DNA of 64,000 bases from Candidatus Latescibacterota bacterium (lineage in GTDB: Bacteria; Latescibacterota; CBDEFO01): the NCBI GenBank assembly GCA_965248755.1, contig OZ252149.1, positions 64,001 through 128,000 on the forward strand, in the 5' to 3' direction. Below, piece after piece: positions 48,730 to 58,309 of the stretch. The notes beneath the pieces were generated by a model, which searched no databases, was not told where the DNA came from, and worked only from the letters and a program-made list of their open reading frames with translations. The position numbers and the translations under genes were made by a program. How positions within the stretch are numbered: the first letter of the stretch is position 1; every line of letters starts with the position of its first letter.

Positions 48730-49530
48730 TCATCTACTTCCCACCCAATGCCGATAGAGCGGCTTTACGTTGTCAGGCAGAGCATCGTAAACATGCGGCG
48801 GGACTGCAGGAACTATGTTTTCTTTACTACCCGTCTCGTCCACCATACGGGCGCGCTCATCGGAATCGGGCATCAGCACATCCAAATTGAGCCACCACGG
48901 AGCGTAGCGCACCGCCAGTGCGCAGCGGGGTCGGTCGGAGCAATTGGGCGCGGAAGCGTGCCAGAGGCGACTGTCCATAACCAGCACACTGCCCGCCGCG
49001 CCTTCCACCCGCATCTCAGTGGGGTAAGGTTCAAGAGCGTCAATGCCGTTCTCACCACTCGGATTGTTGTCTGTCCGGTGGCTGCCGGGCACGATAAAGG
49101 TGCCGCCGTTTTCGGAGTCAAAGGGTGAAAGCATCCACAGCGTAGTGAGATGCATGACTGCATCTGGATAAGGTGCCGGAATATGCCCTGCGTTCTTCTG
49201 ATTGAACGGCCAATCCGCGTGCCAACCGCCGCGCTTATTCCCCGGGTAGTTGATGATACCGGAAGTGAAAGAAATCCGTACGTGCTGGCCCAACAGAGCC
49301 TCGGCACTGTTCATCAGGCGTGGGTCGCCTAAGTAGGGAGCGAACGATTGATCGAGCCCGATAAGCCCAGGAACGAATCCGATGCCCTCAGGTGCATTGG
49401 AGCTTCTGTGCGCGGCGACTGTTGCCTCCACACTTTTGCGCACGGCTTCAACATTGCTGTCAGGGATAACGCCCTCGAGGACACACCAGCCGTCAATCCT
49501 CAGATGAAGCAGCATCTGATCCATATTCAT
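48730..49530 (-). CDS. PhyH family dioxygenase
   Basis: DGWCVLEGVIP, WHAD, NGGTFIVPGSH, DSRLWH, NCSDRPR. Confidence 0.9.
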   Translation of the reverse strand: MNMDQMLLHLRIDGWCVLEGVIPDSNVEAVRKSVEATVAAHRSSNAPEGIGFVPGLIGLDQSFAPYLGDPRLMNSAEALLGQHVRISFTSGIINYPGNKRGGWHADWPFNQKNAGHIPAPYPDAVMHLTTLWMLSPFDSENGGTFIVPGSHRTDNNPSGENGIDALEPYPTEMRVEGAAGSVLVMDSRLWHASAPNCSDRPRCALAVRYAPWWLNLDVLMPDSDERARMVDETGSKENIVPAVPPHVYDALPDNVKPLYRHWVGSR

Positions 49531-49786
49531 TGTCCTCTTCCTAGGTTTGATCTCCAATTATATCGTGTTACTGGTCCCTTCTACAATCCGAACGGCCACA
49601 GACGCGGGACTCACCTTAGATAAATCGGGACCACATTTTCTGTTTGGCTGCGTCCACCTCATCCTCGCAAACAAAGCGCCCACAACGCCCACTTCGCGGC
49701 CTTCTGCCACGTTCCCTAGACCATTGAAGATCGTGTCCAACGGTACGAATTCATCACCTTCAGATCAGCTAGCCATTCCGTATCTC

Positions 49787-50980
49787 TCAGGCCCACGCTG
49801 CCCTTGACTGACCTATCCACTCAAGTTGATAGCGAGGCGTCATACCATAGTAGTGAAAAGAATGATGCCGTATGCCCGCCCTTCGGACCATCATCACTTC
49901 ATCACGCAGCTCCTCCATCGAATTGAAGGCTCGCTGATTGTGCATCATTTCGGGCTCTGCCCACTCGGGGACTTTACTGATCTGCTCAACTAATGAATTC
50001 TCCCTCTCCTGGATAGTCTCTCCACTGCCGCCGAGACTGACACGCTTAAGGTGTGGATACAACTTTGAAGAGTCCAGACACTGCATAACACTCCGCTCGT
50101 TGCGTGTCCCGAAGGGCATAAAAGCGCCGTCATACCTGGTGACGATCTCCTGGACGTCAGAAAAGAGGCTGGTTACAGTGTTACAACGCACCTCCAGATA
50201 GCTCCAAAGCCCGCCAGCAAAGACATTCCTTGCCCACTCCTCGTCTGCAGGACCCATGTCCCACTCCGCGGGAGGTTTAGAAAGCGATTCATATAGGTGC
50301 CGTCTGATCTCTCTTTTTAGGGGAAGTGGATCGAATCCCTCGTCCCTGGCCCTCTGGAGACAACTACCGCAGAAGCATAGATTTAGTAGATATTGATCCC
50401 GTGGAGAAGGCGGTACCTCCACCTTATCTACCAGAAATCCATCGTTCCATAGGCCAAAACCGAGCGATTCATGTCTAATCCCATCGCCTCCGTAGGTCCC
50501 CATAAGCTCCTCGACAATAGCGAGGTCATAGGCGCGGACTGATGGATTAGACGGACATAGATAAGCACGATGGCGCTCCCCCATCGCATCCACGCAGCAG
50601 GCATCCGGGTAGGCCTGCGCTGTGCTATGGCTGAAATGAAAAACGACGAAAAAGAGTACCCCCCAGTCGCGTCCTCTGGCATTATCCATAACGTTGTGGA
50701 GATAACCAGAGGTATCCACACAATCCCCTAATATCGGTCTGATACGTGTATCTCTCCAGCGGGGATGCTCCGGCGCAAAGAAGACCGAGCCATCATCCCA
50801 GCGCACAATCCTCTTGGGATTGTGCGAAAGCAAAAAGGTGTTAGCGTGATAGACAGCAGCCACAAAAAGCTCGTTGAGACCGCAGACCTCATCCAGATAA
50901 TCGAAGCAGTTATCGATTCCCTCTTCGGTGATGTCCCAGGGATGGATGTATATCCCACCTGATCTTCCTTTTTTCAGCAT
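49787..50980 (-). CDS. Hypothetical protein, probable glycoside-hydrolase-like TIM barrel
   Basis: YIHPWD, AAVYH, LCPSNPSVRAY, DGIRHES, CFCGSC; start ATG 50980 after AAGGAG. Confidence 0.65.
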   Translation of the reverse strand: MLKKGRSGGIYIHPWDITEEGIDNCFDYLDEVCGLNELFVAAVYHANTFLLSHNPKRIVRWDDGSVFFAPEHPRWRDTRIRPILGDCVDTSGYLHNVMDNARGRDWGVLFFVVFHFSHSTAQAYPDACCVDAMGERHRAYLCPSNPSVRAYDLAIVEELMGTYGGDGIRHESLGFGLWNDGFLVDKVEVPPSPRDQYLLNLCFCGSCLQRARDEGFDPLPLKREIRRHLYESLSKPPAEWDMGPADEEWARNVFAGGLWSYLEVRCNTVTSLFSDVQEIVTRYDGAFMPFGTRNERSVMQCLDSSKLYPHLKRVSLGGSGETIQERENSLVEQISKVPEWAEPEMMHNQRAFNSMEELRDEVMMVRRAGIRHHSFHYYGMTPRYQLEWIGQSRAAWA

Positions 50981-51410
50981 CTTTCTCTCCTTTTTCTCAC
51001 AAGAAAGTTCTGGAATACTTTTTGTGGACCCAGATCTAAGTGCAAGCGCTTGAGTCTCTACACATTTTCTTGGACCATCCCACAGATGGGAAAGGGCGTG
51101 ACGTAGCCTCTGCGACAATTTACGATCTTCTGTTTGATGGCATGATGTTTGATTACGGCTTGTCAACTATCTCTATGGCATAATCTCATGTAATGTACGG
51201 TTACTGATCTTAGCAATGCAAAAGACATTCTCTACATAACTTCTGTGTTTGCTGTCTATAAATCTATGACCGCGTGTACATTATATTCGAAAAGGGATGA
51301 TACAAAGGTGCAGATCACTTAGGAAAGAAAATAAACGGAGATTCTTGGATGTCAATAGGGTTTGTGCACTGGCAGAGCTGTTCAGTTTTCCATGAGGTAA
51401 CCCGCCGTAT

Positions 51411-52334
51411 TCAATCTACTCGTGTGTGAATCCCCTCGCGTTCCAGGATGCGCACAATTTGGTCCATCAGAAAGTCGATGTATGTGCTATTTTCCTGGCT
51501 GGGCGTATAGGTCAGCGAACGACAGGTAGCATGTGCGAACAGACCGCGGCGCACCAGCAACCTCTTTTCTACCTGCAGGTACACTTCGATGTCCTGCAAG
51601 GAAAAATTGATGAAGGGCAAAAGTGTTGCAAGCAGATCGTAGGCACGCTCGTCGTCCCGGGCCTGACGCGCCTGGTAGACCCGGTCCAGCAGTTCGCAGA
51701 TGGGCACGCCCGGCATGATGCCGCAGATCCCTGCCGGTATCGCCTCCAGCATGTAGTACCCGCCCCAGCCTTCGAGGATGCCCACGCTATCGCCGACCTC
51801 TTGCCGGATGCGCACCAATTTCTCCACTATCAGGGGTTCCTCCAGCTTGACGTACCGGAAATTGGGGTGCTGTCTATGGAGTTCCTGTATGAAGTCAGCC
51901 CCGATGGTCGGCCCTCCCGGATTGAAGTCCTGGATCAGGATGGGGCACGATACAGCGTCCGCGATATGACCGCAGAAACGAAGCAGGTCCGCATCTGTAG
52001 TTCTGAACTGCCGGGGCAGGGCAAAGCTGATCACGTCCGCCCCCATGGCTTCGTAGTGCCGGGCCAGTTTTGCAGCTATCCTGGAGGAGCCGTGATTGGC
52101 CTGCGCGATCATCGGGATACGCTTGGCGTTTACCTCGATGGCAATGCCGATCACCTGCTCGCGTTCGGCCTCGGAAAGTTTATAGAACTCACTGCCGTAG
52201 GCCGGCAAGCACATCGCCGCCATCTTCTGCCCGGCTGTGAACTCAACCGTTTTTCGAAGAGATACCTCGTCAATTGTCTCATCTGGCTGGAAGGGTATCG
52301 GGACAACAGGAACGACACCGTTAATCTCAACCAT
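51411..52334 (-). CDS. DapA/DHDPS-like family protein
   Basis: GVVPVVPIPF, AYGSEFYKLSEAER, GADVI, IQD, YVKLE. Confidence 0.85.
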   Translation of the reverse strand: MVEINGVVPVVPIPFQPDETIDEVSLRKTVEFTAGQKMAAMCLPAYGSEFYKLSEAEREQVIGIAIEVNAKRIPMIAQANHGSSRIAAKLARHYEAMGADVISFALPRQFRTTDADLLRFCGHIADAVSCPILIQDFNPGGPTIGADFIQELHRQHPNFRYVKLEEPLIVEKLVRIRQEVGDSVGILEGWGGYYMLEAIPAGICGIMPGVPICELLDRVYQARQARDDERAYDLLATLLPFINFSLQDIEVYLQVEKRLLVRRGLFAHATCRSLTYTPSQENSTYIDFLMDQIVRILEREGIHTRVD

Positions 52335-52522
52335 ATTCTGACCTCACTTTTTAAAAGGGACATTTGTAAAGAAACGTGGTGATGACAAGTTAGCGGAAAA
52401 AGTGTAGCCCAGATGGCAGCATTGGGCAGCATTGGCTTGTAGAAATTCGGCGGTCAAGCAAGCTTGTTATAGGCGAAGCCCTAAGTGAAACCCTGAGCTA
52501 ACCCCTAATCATAGCCTAAATT

Positions 52523-52865
52523 TTAAGGCGGGGCATACTCGACGTAGCGCAGGACAGAATGGTCGGTCACACTCTCCTTCCAGATCGTGCGATACTTCGA
52601 TCCTTCTCCACTTAGGAGCCACTGTCGAAAATCTTCGGCCCCTATTTCGCTCTCCCAAAATGCTTCGTTGATGTACTTAGGACGCTTCTTCTCCTTCTTA
52701 CTTTTTCCGTAAGGGTCCTCCAAATCAATCCAGAAATACCCAGCTTTTTCGCTCAATACAGCCAAATTCTTTCGCCTTCTGAAAGAGCGTTGCGTCCAGC
52801 CAGCTTAAGAAAGTCTCTTAATTTTCGCCAGATTTCAGATCGAAGATATGAACAAGACGTAACAT
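52523..52865 (-). pseudogene. Disrupted hypothetical gene (in-frame stop plus frameshift)
   Basis: MLRLVHIFDLKSGEN*ETFLSWLDATLFQKAKEFGCIERKSWVFLD, then a frame change to DLEDPYG...YINEAFW...YVEYAPP. Confidence 0.55.
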
Positions 52866-52937
52866 GATGCGCCCTTCTACAGATAAGAGCCAAGTAGACG
52901 TGATATAGGGCATGAAATGATCTGTCTACCGACGTTA

Positions 52938-53285
52938 CTACATCCTCCAGAGCGTATAGCCTGCCACAAGTGTTACAAAGATCGCACCCCCATAAGAAAG
53001 AATCGCGATGAGTTTATTCAAATGCTTAAGTTGCAAGGCATCGTAGAGTGTGAACTTGAAACGATGTGCCCAGTGAAAAAGAGAAGTGGATATGAGAACA
53101 AAGAGAAAAATGCGGCTCAGAGGGTGCTTCACAAGAGTCAACAACTCTTCATAAGATGGCGCCTGGATCCATTCCAAAGGGATAGCCAGACCATTCAGGA
53201 AAAGTAGAACCGGTATGAAGATAGCGGAAATCATGCCGCCTGCGCCAAAGAGCGCCCACCAGAAAGGTTCAAAAGGTTTCTTCAT
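52938..53285 (-). CDS. frdD: Fumarate reductase anchor subunit D
   Basis: EPFWWALFGAGGMISA, LFHWAHRFKFTLYD; 115 aa, 3 TM. Confidence 0.9.
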   Translation of the reverse strand: MKKPFEPFWWALFGAGGMISAIFIPVLLFLNGLAIPLEWIQAPSYEELLTLVKHPLSRIFLFVLISTSLFHWAHRFKFTLYDALQLKHLNKLIAILSYGGAIFVTLVAGYTLWRM

Positions 53286-53406
53286 GAGAATGTTCCCGTG
53301 TTTACCTATTTCCCCGGAAGTTCTTCAGCCACTTGGTGGATCGTCGTCCGTTCGTGCCTCCTGAGAAATGCACTGAAGTGCGCACGCGGCCCTCTGCACG
53401 ATCCTT

Positions 53407-53829
53407 TTAAGTAGTCAACATTAGCCACACGATCACTGTAGAAAAAACTCCCCATACGATATAGTTCAACACTACAATAACAGTGCCCGGAACGCGTTTT
53501 CTGCCGAGATGGAGCACGAGAGCTTTCGGCGCAAGATTAAACCAGGTGACACTGTGGAAGACCACAAACAGAAAGGCAACTATGTGCAGCGCGATGGAGA
53601 CCGGCGTCTTGAGCCAAGCTGTGAAGATTTCGTAGGCCTCTGGCCCCTGGGTCAATGCCCTAATTTGAAAGAGACAGACGAGCGCATAAAATCCAACAAA
53701 TACGCTGGTTAGTTCCCTCAGTATGAATCTTAAATACGCCCAGTTGCGGACCCACCAAAGGATCGGTATGCGGGCGCGATACCACTTGGGATGATACTTG
53801 ATATATTGCGGATTCTGAGGCATCGCCAT
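53407..53829 (-). CDS. frdC: Fumarate reductase anchor subunit C
   Basis: WW...YLRFILRELTSV, HSVTWFNLAPKA. Confidence 0.9.
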   Translation of the reverse strand: MAMPQNPQYIKYHPKWYRARIPILWWVRNWAYLRFILRELTSVFVGFYALVCLFQIRALTQGPEAYEIFTAWLKTPVSIALHIVAFLFVVFHSVTWFNLAPKALVLHLGRKRVPGTVIVVLNYIVWGVFSTVIVWLMLTT

Positions 53830-54013
53830 CTTTGCTCCAATTCTTCCCCAAAGAGTTCTTCGCCCACTGCTTACTTCGTGCCTGCTACATCGTCAAGAAA
53901 GTGGCCATGCAGGCCTCTAACTGCTCTGCTGATACCTGGTTCGCTCTACAAAAGCGCACTAAAGTGCCCACTCCGCCTTTCCAGCTGGATTATGGCCCTG
54001 ATTCGAGCCGCTA

Positions 54014-54757
54014 TCATCGGTCTGCCCAGGGTAGCAGCATAGATTTGAACCAATCTACCGTACTGGACACTTTGTATCGCTGAATCGCAGCCGCTGGATC
54101 TACATCCTTGGGGCAAACCACAGAGCACTCCCCCACTAAAGTACACTGCCAGATGCCTTCCTCCTGTGAAAGCACTGGGAGCCTCTGCTCTTTCCCCTGA
54201 TCCCGGTTGTCTAAATCGTAGCGCTGCGCCAGCGCTATGGCCGCCGGACCGATGAAACTCGACTCCAGGCCGTAAACCGGACAGGCTGAGTAGCATAGCA
54301 TACAGTTGATGCACATGCTGAATTGCTTGTATTCGGCAAGCTGGTCAGGAGACTGAAGGTATTCTCCTTCTGAAAGCTCTTTGTCTTGTTCTCGAATGAT
54401 CCATGGCTTTACGCGTTTCAATTTCCCCATGAAATCACTCATCTCGATGACAAGGTCTCTGACGACGGGGAAATTGGAGAGCGGCTCCACACGGATAGGA
54501 CCCGGAAGATACTTTTCCATGAAAATTGCACAGGTGAGGACAGGTACCCCGTTGACCATCATTCCGCAACTGCCGCAGACCCCCATTCGGCATGCCCAGC
54601 GGTACGATAAAGTCCCGTCTATATTGTCCTTGATGTAATTCAGCGCATCCAGGATAACCCAATCTTCTCGAAAAGGAACTTCGTAGCTCTGGTAGACAGG
54701 CTCTGATTCCTCTTCAGGGCGATAGCGAAAAATGTCTAATGTAATGTTGGTTGCCAT
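54014..54757 (-). CDS. frdB: Fumarate reductase Fe-S subunit
   Basis: [10 protein letters not shown]...[27 protein letters not shown]. Confidence 0.93.
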   Translation of the reverse strand: MATNITLDIFRYRPEEESEPVYQSYEVPFREDWVILDALNYIKDNIDGTLSYRWACRMGVCGSCGMMVNGVPVLTCAIFMEKYLPGPIRVEPLSNFPVVRDLVIEMSDFMGKLKRVKPWIIREQDKELSEGEYLQSPDQLAEYKQFSMCINCMLCYSACPVYGLESSFIGPAAIALAQRYDLDNRDQGKEQRLPVLSQEEGIWQCTLVGECSVVCPKDVDPAAAIQRYKVSSTVDWFKSMLLPWADR

Positions 54758-54829
54758 AAGACCTCGTAAGGTGTTATTGTGCAGCTACTATTAGACTTGA
54801 CACATCAGTCATAAACTTTAGCCGAATGA

Positions 54830-55230
54830 TTAGCGTTTTTCGCCGGGTTTGTAGGGACGCAGCGCGAATGCCGAGCACGTCTTATTTACAGAGACCAAAT
54901 TCACCCACTTCAAATCCTCCTCTTCAATTGTATTCCACCCCTTATCGCGGGTCAAGTCAGTCTGAAGCTTTGAAGCCCCTTTCGGGAATGAAATCCACAG
55001 CAGGCTGTCTGGCTTCAGCGCACGGACAACTTGGGCCTCAGCTTATCCAACTCGGCCTTGTTCTTCACAAAGATCTGCACCCAATCAAATTTGCTCTCCA
55101 ATTTTTCCGCTACTTCGACTCCAGCGGGCAGGGGACCAAGTTCCTTCATGTAACCATCCGGTGCATTGATGATGGCGCCGTGAAGGCCGGGCTTGAGTTT
55201 CATTTTCTTTGTAAGCGAGCTCTCTGCCAT
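54830..55230 (-). pseudogene. Frameshifted DUF3052-like gene between frdA and frdB
   Basis: MAESSLTKKMKLKPG...FVKNKAELDKLRPK continues, after an apparent 1-nt deletion near 55030, as VRALKPDSLLWISFPKGASKLQTDLTRDKGW...VSVNKTCSAFALRPYKPGEKR*. Confidence 0.75.
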
Positions 55231-55357
55231 ATCCTCTCCGCTTCTCTTGTGCTTTGGTCAGGATACTTAACCTTTAAATCAATGATTCAACTTACTCGAA
55301 AGAACGAGCTTACATGTCATTTGTTAATTAAATGGTTTAACCATCATAGCACACTAC

Positions 55358-57100
55358 CTACTTCCCATAAACCCGCTCTCCCGGCGGCCAGCGGGTTATA
55401 GTCACCGGCAAATAATCTATTCGAGGCGGGCCGGTTTCGTCTCTGTACGCCAAACTGTGCACCAGGAACTTCTCATCGTCTCGCTCTGGATGATCCGTGC
55501 GCTGATGTGAACCCCGAGACTCCGTTCTTTGCAACGCGGATTGCACTATAGTCTCGGCAACATCCAGCATATACGAAAGTTCGATGGCAGAGATGAGTTC
55601 AGTGTTGAAGGTGTAGCTTTTATCGGCAAGCGAAATATTGAAAAATCTTTCTTGGAGATCCCTTATGATTTCTTCTGATTTCTTCAAGGAGGCTCGATCG
55701 CGATAGATACCGGCGCCCTCTTCCATCGCACGGTTCATTTCACTTCGAAGCAAAGCGATAGACTCGCCTCCTCCTTCATTTTTGAAAAACTGTCTCTCAA
55801 TCCGTCTTTCCTCATCTGTTGCAAGCGCCTCTACACTCAAGCTGCATTCCTTCTGATCCGATGCAAAGGTGGCGGCCGCCTTGCCTGCCCTGACGCCAAA
55901 GACCAACAACTCCGTAAGAGAATTGGAACCCAGACGATTCGCTCCGTTGATGTTGACGCATGCCACCTCACCTGCCGCATACAAACCTTCAAGCAGGGTC
56001 GCCCCCTGAATGTCCGTATGGATGCCGCCCATCATATAATGCACCACGGGCCGCACCGGAATCATCTCTACCAACGGATCAAGATTGACATATTTAAGAC
56101 AGAGTTCACGGACAAAGGGTAGTTTAGTATTGACTACCTCCTGGCCCAGATGGCGAATATCCAGATGGACATACGGACCGTATACCCCTTCGAGTGTCCG
56201 TCCTTTTTCCTGCTCTTTGACAAAGGCCTGAGACAGCCGGTCGCGAGGCCCCAACTCCATGGAGCGTAGAACCGGTTTGGGTTGCGGTGTCCCAAGATTG
56301 TAATCCTGCAAGTAGCGATAACCATCTTTGTTGAGCAACAATCCACCTTCGGCGCGAGTGGCTTCAGTAATGAGAATGCCCGTAAATGGCAGTCCAGTAG
56401 GATGGTACTGAACGAACTCCATGTCCTTCAGCGGCACGCCGGCGCGAAAGGCAAGCGCCATGCCATCACCAGTCTTTATGCTGGCATTGGTAGTAAATGG
56501 AAAGACCCTTCCGCACCCGCCGGTGCACATGATAACAGCTTTGGCAGCAATAGCCTGGATCTTTCCAGTTGCAAGCTCGATAGCGACGGCACCCTGACAG
56601 CGCCCATCATCTAAAAGCAGTTTGGTTACAAACCATTCATCATATCTTTGAATAGGGTTGTATTTCAGCGACGTTTGAAACAGAGTGTGGAGCATGTGAA
56701 AGCCGGTTTTATCCGCCGCAAACCAGGTGCGTTCGATCTTCATGCCGCCAAAAGGACGCACGGCAATGGTTCCATCTTTCTCCCGGCTCCAGGGACAGCC
56801 CCAATGCTCAAGTTGTAACATTTCCTCCAACGCTTCTTCGACAAAAACCTCTACGGCATCCTGATCACAGAGCCAATCACCTCCTGAGACCGTATCGTAG
56901 GCGTGATCCTCAAAGCTATCGTTGGGCTTAATGACTGCCGCAGATCCCCCCTCCGCGGCTACCGTATGGCTACGCATAGGATAAACCTTCGAGATGACAG
57001 CGATGCTTAATTTTGGATCGGTCTCTGCAACAGCAATTGCAGCGCGCAGACCAGCCCCACCGCCGCCAATGATGAGAACGTCATGGGAGAGAATGTCCAT
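55358..57100 (-). CDS. frdA: Fumarate reductase flavoprotein subunit
   Basis: [10 protein letters not shown], covalent-FAD His in [37 protein letters not shown]. Confidence 0.95.
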   Translation of the reverse strand: MDILSHDVLIIGGGGAGLRAAIAVAETDPKLSIAVISKVYPMRSHTVAAEGGSAAVIKPNDSFEDHAYDTVSGGDWLCDQDAVEVFVEEALEEMLQLEHWGCPWSREKDGTIAVRPFGGMKIERTWFAADKTGFHMLHTLFQTSLKYNPIQRYDEWFVTKLLLDDGRCQGAVAIELATGKIQAIAAKAVIMCTGGCGRVFPFTTNASIKTGDGMALAFRAGVPLKDMEFVQYHPTGLPFTGILITEATRAEGGLLLNKDGYRYLQDYNLGTPQPKPVLRSMELGPRDRLSQAFVKEQEKGRTLEGVYGPYVHLDIRHLGQEVVNTKLPFVRELCLKYVNLDPLVEMIPVRPVVHYMMGGIHTDIQGATLLEGLYAAGEVACVNINGANRLGSNSLTELLVFGVRAGKAAATFASDQKECSLSVEALATDEERRIERQFFKNEGGGESIALLRSEMNRAMEEGAGIYRDRASLKKSEEIIRDLQERFFNISLADKSYTFNTELISAIELSYMLDVAETIVQSALQRTESRGSHQRTDHPERDDEKFLVHSLAYRDETGPPRIDYLPVTITRWPPGERVYGK

Positions 57101-57617
57101 TGATTTTTCTTGTTTAAGGCCGCAACTTTATAGGCCTTTTCCTAAAAAAGTCTTTTAATACGAACTATCAAGAATCTGCTTTCGCCATATCTCATGTGAA
57201 GTTAATAGTAAGAATTTTCTTTCATGGTGTCAAGTACAATAAATAATTACAAGAAGAGTAAAGGTTTCCTCTGTAGATTTAACGACCTCAAATTTGTGAT
57301 TTGGAAAGGTAAAGTTCAAGTTTCGTTAAGAGATAATAGTGTGGCTCAACCTATGTATCCGTGGGGGCAAGTGCTTTGCTGCCTTCACCTCGTCCTTCCC
57401 GACGAAGCGCCCAAGTCGCCTCACCCCAAGGGAGAGTAACCCCGACCTTACATTTAAGCTGAGTTGCTTATTTTAGGACCCGGCGGGTGCGTACTCATGT
57501 GGCAGTGGACAGGAAGGTCTGGCAACGAGCCACAACATGGGAGGCACGGCTGCTTTTTGGGGAATGTAGGCAGCAAGCCACAAAGTGGTTCGCCCGCATT
57601 TTCAGTACAGAAATACG

Positions 57618-57640
57618 TCCCTGATAGAAGCAATCGGGGA
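57618..57640. repeat. 23-bp palindrome copy (reverse orientation)
   Basis: tccctgatagaagcaatcgggga. Confidence 0.65.
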
Positions 57641-57723
57641 CTGCCCCTACAGAGGCTCGATGTACACCAGATTCTTGAAGAATGCAATCTTCCCGAATGA
57701 GAGGACTTCATAACGAAAATTTG

Positions 57724-57752
57724 TTGACATACAGGTTCTCTGGAACTAAATT
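57724..57752 (+). promoter_or_regulatory. Putative sigma70 promoter upstream of the P-II gene
   Basis: TTGACA-N17-TAAATT, ending about 70 nt before ATG 57821. Confidence 0.5.
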
Positions 57753-57814
57753 AATTCTGGACTACAACTATAATTATCAGAACCATACTAACCCTATATA
57801 CTGGGGAAGGTTGA

Positions 57815-58159
<345 letters not shown>

Positions 58160-58193
58160 CTTTCGCACACAAATTGCCACAAAGATGGTGGCG

Positions 58194-58242
58194 GTAGGTC
58201 AGACATTCCTTTCTGACATGGGCGAGGAAACCTCGCCCCCAC
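58194..58242. repeat. GTAG-type REP doublet
   Basis: gtaggtcagacattcctttctgac and gggcgaggaaacctcgcccccac hairpins. Confidence 0.6.
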
Positions 58243-58309
58243 ATTGTGGTATCTGCTTTTTGCTTTTCCCTGACTATTGTCTACTGTTTTGAGAGGAGTT
58301 GATAGCTGT

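Noticed and set aside
51426..52382. 318-aa plus-strand ORF (likewise 39087-39905, 45253-46032, 29517-30209)
   Set aside because: These are antisense shadows of well-supported genes and show no recognisable motifs.
54851..54882. GTAG-starting sequence as a REP
   Set aside because: It is the reverse strand of the 3' end of the DUF3052-like reading frame.
57400..57700. Possible structured ncRNA (cobalamin riboswitch, SRP, 6S) upstream of glnB
   Set aside because: No diagnostic conserved motif set was found; the region contains REP-like fragments instead.
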